DNA of 63,988 nt, the filler included, from Octopus bimaculoides (lineage: Eukaryota): NCBI RefSeq assembly GCF_001194135.2. It is 6 parts of 6 records of this genome, joined end to end, with 100 filler letters (N's around TTAATTAATTAA, not from the genome) between each part and the next. Parts side by side here need not be neighbours in the genome. Positions count along the whole stretch, not along the records: positions 24,118 to 51,631 come from NC_068999.1; positions 51,732 to 57,230 come from NC_068988.1; positions 57,331 to 62,232 come from NC_068991.1; positions 62,333 to 63,988 come from NC_068997.1; 2 more parts are not named here. One strand, written 5' to 3'. Positions 51,500 through 63,814 of the stretch are shown here, piece by piece. Below the pieces are notes generated by a model. The model saw only the letters and a list, made by a program, of their open reading frames with translations. It was not told where the DNA came from and made no database searches. Numbering within the stretch: the stretch's first letter is position 1; every line of letters begins with the position of its first letter. The position numbers and the translations under genes are program-made.

Positions 51500-51631
51500 C
51501 TTTATCGAGAAACTGATCGGCAAGGCGCAAACGTGCGCGGTGCCGGGCAGGAGCATCCATGACAACCTCCATCTGATGCGCTACATCATAGAGAGGGTAG
51601 TTAAGGAACCTGGCATGGGTGGGGCCCTGAT
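51500..51631 (+). mobile_element. L1/Tx1-clade LINE reverse-transcriptase fragment at a contig edge
   Basis: EKLIGKAQTCAVPGRSIHDNLHLMRYIIERVVKEPGMGGAL is the QT..V.GRSI.DN motif that precedes RT domain 3. Frame stays open to the N gap; GC content is higher than the surroundings. Confidence 0.85.
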
Positions 51632-51731
51632 NNNNNNNNNNNNNNNNNNNNNNNNNNNNNNNNNNNNNNNNNNNNTTAATTAATTAANNNNNNNNNNNNN
51701 NNNNNNNNNNNNNNNNNNNNNNNNNNNNNNN

Positions 51732-51776
<45 letters not shown>

Positions 51777-52380
51777 TACATGCCTACATACATATATATG
51801 TATATGTCTGTAATTATATATGTATGTATACATAAAGAAAAGATCTACTTTCAATATTTGCTGAAAATAACAGCCTGTCTGATTCAACTTGCTCGTGAGT
51901 CATCAACATTTAATATCTTAATAGTGGCCCAGTCAGTTTTCTTGTGGAACTGTATGGCTTAGTCAGAAGAGGATGGGCAGTTAGCGTCATGTTTTAAAGG
52001 ACCTCCAGTACTCGTGTGGAGAACGGTAGAAGTTTTTCCCAGATCGGGAACCCGACACGACTAGAGTGCATTTTAACTAAAATTCTCCCAAGAGAATTAG
52101 CTACTTTTCTAACAAGTGGAGAGACTAGACAAAGGCTCCATCGCTAGTTTTTGCAAATAAAAGAAAGCATATGATTGAATGATTCTTTGATAAGCTCTAT
52201 CAGGATCCGGTTTTGATTTCCACTTATAACCAAGAAAGTCGCTTCGGTAGCTAACATTACAGTCATGAATTTATAGATCCTCCATTGGTTTCGACGATAA
52301 GTATTTATTTATTCGACGAATTGAACGTCCGACAAGTAAAAATTAACAAGTGGTTGCGTGTTCAACGGACGCGCGTACCT

Positions 52381-52605
52381 TTAACCTTTAGTCATTCAGA
52401 TTACTCTGTCAAATGTAACGCTTATTCATTTACATTGTTTTGAATTAATCATGCATTATCTCCTACCTTTGAGATTTTGATGATAAGATCGTTTAAATTT
52501 AGAGTTACATTGTAGGGTAGATATGAAAGGTCTGTTCTGGCCGGTTTGAACAGAAAACAAGAAGAATATTTGGGTAGATACAACTGGTTAATGCTAAAGG
52601 ATTCA
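52381..52605. mobile_element. Second TTAA-type MITE, diverged
   Basis: Begins ttaacctttagtcattcag and ends ...ttaatgctaaaggatt; imperfect terminal inverted repeats. Confidence 0.6.
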
Positions 52606-54573
52606 CGTAGTTTCCAGGATGAACCAGCGTGATACATACATGATTGATCTTTTGAGTATCAAATATATCCCATCGAACGATTTCTTATTTTCCGTTGAGA
52701 CAAGGCTTGGGTCGACCCAAAACCTTGGCAAGTGTCTTCTACTATAGCCTCGAGCTGACCAAGGCCTTGTGATTGGATTTGGTTGACAGAAACTGAAATA
52801 AGCCCGTCGTATATATGCATGTATGTATGTGTATATATATATATATATATATCTATATATATATATATAGCTTCGTAATGCTTAGACATTAATTCAGTAT
52901 GGAGGGGATAAGTCTTGTTTTGACTTTCTCCCTTAAANNNNNNNNNNNNNNNNNNNNNNNNNNNNNNNNNNNNNNNNNNNNNNNNNNNNNNNNNNNNNNN
53001 NNNNNNNNNNNNNNNNNNNNNNNNNNNNNNNNNNNNNNNNNNNNNNNNNNNNNNNNNNNNNNNNNNNNNNNNNNNNNNNNNNNNNNNNNNNNNNNNNNNN
53101 NNNNNNNNNNNNNNNNNNNNNNNNNNNNNNNNNNNNNNNNNNNNNNNNNNNNNNNNNNNNNNNNNNNNNNNNNNNNNNNNNNNNNNNNNNNNNNNNNNNN
53201 NNNNNNNNNNNNNNNNNNNNNNNNNNNNNNNNNNNNNNNNNNNNNNNNNNNNNNNNNNNNNNNNNNNNNNNNNNNNNNNNNNNNNNNNNNNNNNNNNNNN
53301 NNNNNNNNNNNNNNNNNNNNNNNNNNNNNNNNNNNNNNNNNNNNNNNNNNNNNNNNNNNNNNNNNNNNNNNNNNNNNNNNNNNNNNNNNNNNNNNNNNNN
53401 NNNNNNNNNNNNNNNNNNNNNNNNNNNNNNNNNNNNNNNNNNNNNNNNNNNNNNNNNNNNNNNNNNNNNNNNNNNNNNNNNNNNNNNNNNNNNNNNNNNN
53501 NNNNNNNNNNNNNNNNNNNNNNNNNNNNNNNNNNNNNNNNNNNNNNNNNNNNNNNNNNNNNNNNNNNNNNNNNNNNNNNNNNNNNNNNNNNNNNNNNNNN
53601 NNNNNNNNNNNNNNNNNNNNNNNNNNNNNNNNNNNNNNNNNNNNNNNNNNNNNNNNNNNNACAATTTTGGAGAAGTAGGGAAGTCGATTACATCGATGCC
53701 AGTGTTCAACTGGTACATATTTTATCGACTCTGAAAGGATGAATGGTAAAGTCGACCTCGGGGTAACCATTCAGCCAGCTCGCCTCCTTATTCATGATTT
53801 CAGTGTTAGCTAGCTTTAAGGTAGCGAGCTGGCAGAACCTTTAGCAAGCCGGGCAAAATGCTCAGCGGCATTTCGTCCATCTTTACGTTATGAGTTCACA
53901 TGCCACCAGGGTTGACTCTGCCTTTCATCCTCTCGGAGTCGATAAAATAAGTACCAGATGAGCACTGGGGTCGATGTAATCGACTTACCCGCCCCAACCC
54001 CGAAACAGCTGGCATTGTGCCAATATTTGAAACTAAAATTTTAGACGTGTATTACAAACAATATGATTTACCACTCCAACGTTTCCCGAGTACAGCAGAT
54101 AAGCAAGTACAAACTGCAATAGAGACTACGTTGCTGGGCGCTAAGTCCATAACCAAGTGCAGTGATTTCAGATTAACCTCACCTCCACACACACTTCATC
54201 TTACTTGCCGGCATCATAAAATCGATTTCCGATTACTTCTTTAAAGTACTTATTAGCGAGGTATTGCATTATTTTCCTACAGCAGCAGCAGTAGTACTTA
54301 TTCTATAGACTAAAAAGGAGGAAAGAACATGTCGACATTTTGTCCGTCTTTTCGTTCTGAGTTCAATTTCCACCGAGGTCGACGTTGCCTTTCATCTTTT
54401 TCGGGATCGATAAAATAAGCACCGGTTGACCACTGGGGCCGATGTGATCGACTTAATCTACACCTCCCCGAAATTACTGACCTTGTGGCAAAAATCTGAA
54501 ACCAATATTTATACATACATAAAATACGTACACACACGCGCGCGCACATTATGTAGGTATATAATGCCTTAGT

Positions 54574-54953
54574 GGTGGAGGCGCAATGGCCTAGTGGTTA
54601 GGGCAGCGGACTCGCGGTCATAGGATCGCGGTTTCGATTCCCAGACAGGGCGTTGTGAGTGTTTATTGAGCGAAAACACCTAAAGCTCCACGAGGCTCCG
54701 GCAGGGGATGGTGGTGAACCCTGCTGTACTCTTTCACCACAACTTTCTCTCACTCTTACTTCCTGTGCCTGTAATTCAAAGGGTCAGCCTTGTCACACTG
54801 TTACGCTGAATATCCCCGAGGACTATGTTAATGGTACACGTGTCTGTGGAGTGCTCAATCACTTGCACGTTAATTTCTCGAGCAGGCTGTTCCGTTGATG
54901 GAATCAACTGGAACTCTCGACGTCGTAAGCGACGGAGTGCCAACAACAACAAC
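54574..54953 (+). mobile_element. Full-length tRNA-derived SINE with (CAA)n tail and 11-bp target-site duplication
   Basis: A-box ggcctagtggtta, B-box ggtttcgattccc, conserved body, caacaac tail. Flanked by AATGCCTTAGT at 54563-54573 and 54954-54964. Confidence 0.9.
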
Positions 54954-55977
54954 AATGCCTTAGTAGCTCTGTCCGCACTATCTCCTATAGTATCACTAGT
55001 ACTACAAGCGAAGAACTCTTCGACGACTCTCGTACCTCCACTTATCTTCATGTATTTTTATCTATTTATATGTACCTCCACGTACTTCAATGGATCTCCA
55101 TGTATCACCATACTTCTCCATACATCTCTATGTATCTCAAGGTACCTCCATGCACTCTATGTACATGTACTCCAATATAACTCCATTTACTTCCATGTAT
55201 CTTTATGTATCTATGTCCCTCTCAATCTAGCTACATGGATCAGCACATATCTTCTTCTGCCTCCATGTATTTCTATGTACCCCAGACAGTTGTGTAGCTC
55301 AAGTGTGTGTCACCTGGGGCTATCTTTATGTTTGCTGTCCCTCCGTACCCACAACCTCTATAAAAACTTATATAGCATACCCCAAAAGTGCCACCCCATA
55401 AAAGCTCCGCCTAGGGCTGATTACATCATGCATCCGCATCAAGCTACGCAACAGCCATCCGGTGCCGTCCTTAAGTTTGTTGTCCTTCCGTACCTTCAGC
55501 CCCTATTACAGAATTATACAGCATATCCAAAATTGACGACCCCATAGAAGCGCCGCCCGGTTCCGACTGCATCTTACGCCCGCATCTAGCTTCATTACAG
55601 CCACCCAAGGCCGTCCTTAAGTTTGCTATCCCTCTATAAACCCAGGCCCTATACAGACTTATACAACATAACAAAAAGTGCCGCCCCCAAAAAGCATTGC
55701 TCCTCCAAAACGCCGCCCGGTGCAGACTGTGTCATGCACTCCCATCTAGCTACGCTATTGTCTTCAGGAACTTCCATGTATCTACTTGTATATCCATGTA
55801 TCTCCATCTATCCACATGTGATTTCCACGTACTTCCATGCACCTCCGTCTAGTAGCATTACCTGCAGCACATAAAGACATAAGAATCAAAGAGCAAGAAC
55901 AATAACCTCCCATCCAACCCCACTACCACAATTCCTAATTAGCTATTCCCTGCACCTCTTAAGCACCACCACCATTT

Positions 55978-56171
55978 ATCGATATCATCATCATCGTCAT
56001 CATCGACGGCGTCGTGGTTGTCGTGGTGATGGCAGTCGTCATGGTCGTGGTCGTGGTCGTAGTCGTGGTCGTAGTCGTGGTCGTCGTCGTTGGTCGTCGT
56101 CGTCGTCGTCGTCATCATCATCATCATCAGTATCATCATCATCCTCAACAACAACGACAACAACAACAACT

Positions 56172-56225
<54 letters not shown>

Positions 56226-56240
56226 GCGGCGGCGGCGGCA
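55978..56240. repeat. Compound trinucleotide array: ATC/GTC/GTG blocks, then CAA, (CAG)17, (CGG)5
   Basis: (CAG)17 at 56173-56223 and (CGG)5 at 56224-56238, counted directly. Confidence 0.9.
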
Positions 56241-57030
56241 GCGTTATCTTTGTCGAAATTGACGCAGCCATTATCATCGCCATTAATCTTGCGCATTTTT
56301 CACTTTTTCCCTCGTTTCTTGTTTGATTAGGTAATAGTCTTAAGAAGTCATTGCTTTGAAAAATGATCGAAATAGAAAGAAAGAAAGAAAGAAAGAAAGA
56401 CAGAACGAGGGATGAAATAAAGAGAGAAAGAAAAACGAAAAAGAAAAGAAGGAAAGCTAAACTTATAGTTGTGAAATTAAGTGAGAATGATAGAGAAAAT
56501 ATAGCTTAAAAGAAGAAGAAAAAGAAAGATAAAAAGAGCAGATGAAAGAACGAATAGAAAAGAAAAGAACGAGAGAAAAAAAAAGGAAAAAGATAGGAAA
56601 AGTAAAAGTGCTGGAGAAACAAACGAACGAAATAAAACAAGGAAGAAGAAATATAGAGAAATGTAGAGAAATGTAGAAATATGACGGCCTTTGAAAGTAA
56701 TGCCATTTGCTTTCCTTTCAGAATCAAAGAACTTAGAAGCTCCGGTTATTATGTCGCAGAACAATCGATTGCTGGAATAAATTTCCATTTATTAAGTTGA
56801 ACAAGTTGTTGTCTCAGAGGCTGCTTGGTGAGAATGTCGAGAACTCGGCAGAAAATTAACTGTCCGTAAGGTCTGGTCTCACATATGTGATGTATAACGT
56901 GGTGAGTTGAAAAACTTCGATTAACTCTGATTATCTATGCAATTAATAGATAAAGCCTCTTTAGAGGCGTGTTTGAAATTTAAAAACAGCAATCAAGCAG
57001 GATAACTTCTGTTATCTCAGCTAAGAGAAA

Positions 57031-57096
57031 GTTGGGAGGTGGCTAGTGAATGAAGACTATGCAGTTGGGAGGTGGCTAGTGAATGAAGACTATGCA
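57031..57096. repeat. Perfect 33-bp tandem duplication
   Basis: gttgggaggtggctagtgaatgaagactatgca x2. Confidence 0.95.
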
Positions 57097-57810
57097 GATG
57101 GGAGTGGATTTGGTCTTTAAAACAAACTGATGAAAGCAGCGCTATGTTTCAACCTAGCTAGATCACATTGGCAAAACATATTCCGCTCATGTGATTTAAA
57201 GATGATCAATATATATCTATAAAAGAAAATNNNNNNNNNNNNNNNNNNNNNNNNNNNNNNNNNNNNNNNNNNNNTTAATTAATTAANNNNNNNNNNNNNN
57301 NNNNNNNNNNNNNNNNNNNNNNNNNNNNNNATATATACACACACACACATAAATATTTCGATCGAATCCCCAACGAGTTAACACGTGGTCTCCTAACAAC
57401 AATGTAAACTTCATATGATCAAGGCATTCTTGGCTTCGCTTGGCTTAGCTTCGCTTGCTTGGACAGTAGCTTGCGGTATACCCTTCGTTTGGATAATTTA
57501 CCACTGCCGAGGTTCCGGTATCTGTGAAACATATTTACCCTGGATTTTATCTACTCAATTCCTTAATTCTTGGATGTATATTTGCATATACAACATCCCT
57601 GTTGGTAACTGTGAAGTATGAAATTAACTTTTTCCAGCTAATCGTACTTCCGTATGGGATAAATTCGCTACATTCCGCGCCAATGAACCACTATTGTTCT
57701 TGAAAGTTGTTTTTATATCCTCTACGGATTACTTGAAGCTCGCTAGCTTCCTACACATTAATCCTTGGATTTTGCATTTACATATATATATATGTATATA
57801 TATATATGCT

Positions 57811-57860
<50 letters not shown>

Positions 57861-57862
<2 letters not shown>

Positions 57863-58556
57863 AATGAAACATTCAAACACTGAGATTTGAAGTTAGATGT
57901 CACTACTGTTCATATCATCTGTGGATAAATTCTAAATTTGATGATATCACCAGTAGTGGCATGGGTGGAACGCAATTATAATAGCTTTAAACAGCTATGA
58001 ATTATAAATTTGCATGAAGTGTAATGATGCTTAATAAGCATCTACCTGCTAGAAATAAGAGCTAAGTCTTAAATTAATCCACCGTAGCGCACCAATATAA
58101 CAGAGAAAAACAGTATGCGAGGAAAACAGAAAGAATTAAAACATTTAACAGCACAAATAAAAATATTATGCAATTAGGTATATCCATAAACCAGGTTTCG
58201 GCTTTTGGGTATTTAACTCTGAGCCTCGTCAGTGTGGACTACCAGTTCAAATCCGTGACTGTTCATGTTAGTCTCTGACTGTGCAACTGGTTTTGTTTTG
58301 CGCCAAAGACAGAGAACATGCTGCATAAAAATTTATAAATGAAATATTGAAACACTGAGATTTGAAGTTAGATGTCACTACTGTTCATATCATCTGCGGA
58401 CAAATTCTAAATTTGATGATATCACCAGTAGGGGCATGGGTGGAACGCAGTTATAATAGCTTTAAACAACCATGAATTATAAATTTGCACGAAGCGTAAT
58501 GATGCTTAATAAGCATCTACCTGCTAGAAATAAGAACTAAGTCTTAAATTAATCCA
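57861..58556. repeat. About 220-bp direct repeat pair (57861-58081 and about 58336-58556)
   Basis: Colinear with few substitutions (aaacactgagatttgaagttagatgtcactactg...gtcttaaattaatcca), about 250-bp unique spacer. Confidence 0.9.
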
Positions 58557-58654
58557 ACGTATTCCGTTTGTATTCACATTTCATGGATTCTTACTTTCAG
58601 AATATTTTCCCATTATGCGCCGGTTTGGTTGTATTAAATTATAGACAAGCAATT

Positions 58655-58769
58655 CAGCATAATCTGTGAACCTTCATTCAGGGTCCTTCAACGAGTGTGG
58701 CTCGAAGCAAACAGAGTGAATTCCTTTATTTGAAGGACCCTGAATGACGGTGCACTGAGGATTATGCTG
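58655..58769. repeat. Hairpin with a perfect 18-bp inner stem and a 10-bp outer stem
   Basis: tcattcagggtccttcaa (58674-58691) pairs with ttgaaggaccctgaatga (58730-58747); cagcataatc pairs with gattatgctg. Confidence 0.9.
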
Positions 58770-59021
58770 GATCGCATGTACAATTGCGCATACACTGTAC
58801 AGCAGAAATACGTGTCGGTCATTATAACTAAATAATTATGCTGTATGACCAACTGTAATATTAAACGAAAAATTTGATGGTATTTCAGTCTTCCTATTCC
58901 TAATAATTGTTTGAAATCTACACTTTTGATAACATCCATAATCAAAGGAATCGTACCCGCAGTTATCCGTCAGAAGTATTGCATGGTTATTAATATGAAG
59001 CGATCATTGACGCATATATGC

Positions 59022-59099
<78 letters not shown>

Positions 59100-59862
59100 G
59101 TGTGTGTGTGTGTGTGTATACACACATACACATCCACTGATGCTAATACAATGTATGGATCACGCACATATTCATATTTAGAATCGCAGGTCGACATCTA
59201 CGTCCATCTCACATGTTCCTTCTTGTATGTATGCACTTTGTAAATGCATGTATGCAAACAAACTAATGAATGCGTGCCTATACATACAGATGCAGAACAA
59301 GACGCGCCCGCGCGAACAAAAGTACTGTATGATATTGATCTAGCATATACACAAGCACTTACTTACTTACCTACATATAAGTTTATCGGAAGAAATAGTC
59401 GCAAAAATAATAGCAAAATAAGGTTAGATTTAAAAATAAGAAGTACACAAAAAATCCAGTATCAATATTCAGATCATCCTTATATCTAACACATACATTT
59501 TTTCTTTTGTATGAGCTTTTTCATGTTTAGTTTCATATATCTGAAAAGCAAATTTGACAAAGAACGGAGTCTGATAAACATAGAAGTCTAACACGAAGTA
59601 TAAACGTCCATCTGCATCACTGAGTTCCATCAATCGGGAGAAATAATACAACTGTGGAAAAACCATGTATCGTCCTGAACTATTTGCTATATGAAAACAA
59701 AATGTACTTTAGAACTTTTTACCTTAGGGAAGATTATTGTTTGATTATATGCATATAGAAAAAGAACTCTGTAGAAGAACAAACAAAAGAACAGACACGT
59801 ATTCATGCATATGTACAGGTAAATGTGAACGCATAAACATATACACATAAATATACCACACC

Positions 59863-59937
<75 letters not shown>

Positions 59938-60263
59938 TAGATAATTATATATATGAGTGTGTGTGTATATATATATAAACATACATACATACAACAATAA
60001 TTGATTGAATAAAGACTAGTGCCAAACATATCTTCCGATTCCTTAAACAGTTATTATTATGTCTATTAACACTGCGGAATTCCTGAAGTAGATCCAGCGA
60101 AAATATACCCCCACCTTGAATGAAACCAGGTAACCCAAATTGTGAACGTACTTTACTCAACACAGTAATTGACATATACCCATTAGTCCCAAAATCACAT
60201 ACACACATACACACATACATACATACATACATACATACATACATACATACATACATACATACC

Positions 60264-60295
<32 letters not shown>

Positions 60296-60344
60296 TATAT
60301 GTGTGTGTGTGTGTATGTGTGTGTAGATAGAGAAAGAGAGACAG

Positions 60345-60530
60345 AAGCGCAATGGCCCAGTGGCTAGGGCAGCGGACTCGCGATCGTAGGATTGCTGTTT
60401 CGATTCTCAGACCGGGTGTTGTGAGTGTTTATTGAGCGAAATCACCTAAAGCTCCACGAGGCTTCGACTATACTCTTTCACAAGTTCGTTTCACTCTTTC
60501 ATCCTGTTTCTGTTGTACCTGTGTTTCAGA
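60345..60530 (+). mobile_element. tRNA-derived SINE, same subfamily as 54574, internally deleted
   Basis: gcgcaatggcccagtggctagggcagcggactcgcg...gagcgaaatcacctaaagctccacgaggct is nearly identical to the 54574 copy. Confidence 0.85.
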
Positions 60531-63500
60531 GGGCGTGCTTCTATTGCATATAACGGATTTTTATTCAGTCCGGCATCTATTCGCGACACCGGTGAAAGTT
60601 TTTCAATGTGTTCCTATGTAACAGAGACTAACAGATCTCATCTCAGTATACGGTTGGATTTCCGTACACACCAACGAAACCAAAATGAATTTGGCGTTCA
60701 CCGCTACAGGGACTATTCTCGTCTCCCTCCGATATATTCTCTTTCAAACGAAACCAGTAAATAAAAGATGGTATCTGCTGATGAATACCATACTAAATTT
60801 AGTTGTCAACGATGTATTTACATTAATAATGATCCATAGATAACTATATACATGTAAATATTTGGGAGTATATATTTACATATTACCAAGACTAACCGTA
60901 TTTTAAATGAAGATGTAAATACATTCTATGATTTTCATGTGTGCGTCTATACATATAGGCATACGTACAGAAAAACAGACAGGCAAACAAGCAGACAGAA
61001 AGACATGCAGGCAGGCATGCATATATATATATATATATATATAGAGATCCAAGGTGAATGTGGTACTTAAGTTTAGGCACCAGAATTAAATATGGTATTA
61101 TCCAAACAATTCCAAAATAAGTTGATTAAAATCAAAATAAGCAACAAGGATATTCAAGGTTAATGTAGTACGATCGTTTCATGCGACTCCATTTATTTAA
61201 GCAATATGAGCATTACATTAAATGTAAAATGCAGAGCAATCTTCAGCTGCACAGAGTTATAGAAAATTTACTGAAATTTCATTTCAGTAGAAGGACATAT
61301 TATTGTAACTACATTTAAACACTCCAAGTGAGAAGGAAGAATACAAAAACCCATTATGACTTAGCCAGACCATACAGGTGAAGAATTAATTCCAAGCAGA
61401 TTTTAACTGTCACTGATTTTATTTGTTTTTTGTTTCATCTTATCAGACTTAGTGATTCAAAGCCTAAGAGGGCACCAGCCTTTTCCTTATAAGGAAAGGG
61501 AAGGGGTAAACAGTATACATGGATATGGTTATAAAGATTCTTTTGGTTTAAGAGACACACTATTATAGGTTGGCGGGGGTTCACTACAAGCAGGCCAGTT
61601 TATAATGTAGCAGGGGAAGTTTAACATAAGGCACCTTGGTCAAAAGTATATAAAATATATACTATATATGTACAGATACAGTATGTGTTTATTTATAGTT
61701 TTCATTAATCAGAATAATGTATCAGTATTATTTTATATATACAAAGTATGGAAACTTTGAGATACCAATATTAGCTTAATATGTGAATAATAGTAATGTA
61801 ACTAATCAAAACATTCAGTATCCAAAAACCATGAAGTAATGTTAATTTATAAAGCTTTGGTAAAGTACTGATGCGACCACCGAAAATACAATTAGCATTA
61901 TATCCCTATCTCCTCGGGCAGGGTTTTGAACCCGTACTCTGGTCAGTTGGGGACAATGGTATTTCCTTTGTCTTGTCGGCAACCACAGCTATTTTTAGCG
62001 TAGCTGCCCCCTTTCCGGTCACCGAAAGTTCAACAGGACAGGAATTGGCGGGAAGCACTCGGCCGAAGCAGTGAGCAGAGAATTTTGGCCAGTCGAGCGG
62101 TAGCAGCCAGCCGAGGCAGTTCGGGGACAGCAGTTTGCCCGTGGAGATGGAGGCAGTCGAGCTCTGGGAGCCAGCAGGATCGGTTGTGTCGAGTGGTAGC
62201 AGTCGTCCGAAGCAGTTGGGGGACAGCAGTTTNNNNNNNNNNNNNNNNNNNNNNNNNNNNNNNNNNNNNNNNNNNNTTAATTAATTAANNNNNNNNNNNN
62301 NNNNNNNNNNNNNNNNNNNNNNNNNNNNNNNNTATTGTTCCATGGGCTTTAGGAATAAGAACGCTAGTTTACATAAAAATATAAAGGGAGGGTGTTTTTG
62401 ATGTGATGCTAAAGGTTGAGGTCAAAGAGTTATTTGAATATGGGGAGATAATTATAGTGAATGTTTACATATGTGTTTGCTAGCGCGCAGACACATGTAC
62501 AAACACGTGCGCGTACGCACATACACATACACATATGCGTACACCCATGTACACATACCCACACACCCACATACACCCATACACATACACACACACACAC
62601 ACACCCATACAGAAACCTTCACATATACATATGTACATACACGCTCACCTATACATACGTGCCTGTATATATACCTACATTCCTGTATATATACAAACAT
62701 GCAAATACCCACACCCGCACACACATACATACGCATACATGCACATACACACACACACACACATGCATGTATATATGCATATACACCTACATATGCGCAT
62801 ATATATATATATATATATAGATATATAAGCATACACATACGCACCTGCATCCTAACACACACACACACACCCCGTGCTCGTACATGTGCACACACACGCG
62901 CACCTCTACTTGCTTGCCTGTTTATATACATACATTCCTGTATATATACAAACGTGAAAACACCTACACACGCACTCCCCTACATATGCACGCATGCACA
63001 TACACTCACGCACACACATTTGTATATATATACACACTTGTATGTATAAATATACACACATATACATACTCGCACACATACATGTACCCATTCACACACC
63101 CACACACGCCCACCCTCACACACACTCACAAACACACGTATGCATATATGTACCCAAATACACACACGTGTTTTGTTTAAGACTATAAAAAATATTACGA
63201 TTAATAACATACTGATTTGAAGCGAAGAGCATAAACATGATAAAAGAAATACCATTACCCTGTTATATATTAATATATATATGTTAGCGCTAATCAGTGC
63301 AAAACCGAAGTATAGGGTGTTAGCTGAGAAATAATAATAATAATAATAATAACAATATACATGCTAATAAGGAGAAGGTCAGATCTATGGCAAAGCAGTT
63401 GGTGATACAAGGTAGCCTTAGCTGTAATTACTGGGAAGGAAAAAATTAATCAATTATAGAAGGGGAAAAGGCAAGTTGTGGTGGATGAAGAAGTGGAAAT

Positions 63501-63814
63501 TATTCAGAGGATATTAGTAAAAAAAAAAAAAATTGATAATAGCTATAATGAAAATACTGCTTGGAACCTAACCTAGTGGGAATGGTGGAGCTAACGGTAA
63601 TAAAAGAAGGTACGTTTCTTGAAGTGCTGACAGCGGTACGCCCTCTTTGAATGATTTGGTTAACTAGGCGATTCTTGGAGAACAGGATATAAAAAAGCTC
63701 CAAGTTACAAAGAGGGCAGAATTTACAACAGACTGTCTGTCATACCGGCCATGATGAAATACCACAAGTTATAGAAAATACGTATTCGCCTTTATATATT
63801 TATATATTTAATCC

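Noticed and set aside
54825-55547. 240-aa N-free ORF
   Set aside because: Begins inside a SINE and continues through low-complexity ccatgtat repeats. No recognisable domain or splice context.
56014-56326. Poly-Q/A/S/D/H ORFs resembling a transcription-factor low-complexity region
   Set aside because: Entirely compound trinucleotide repeat, open in several frames on both strands, with no flanking domain.
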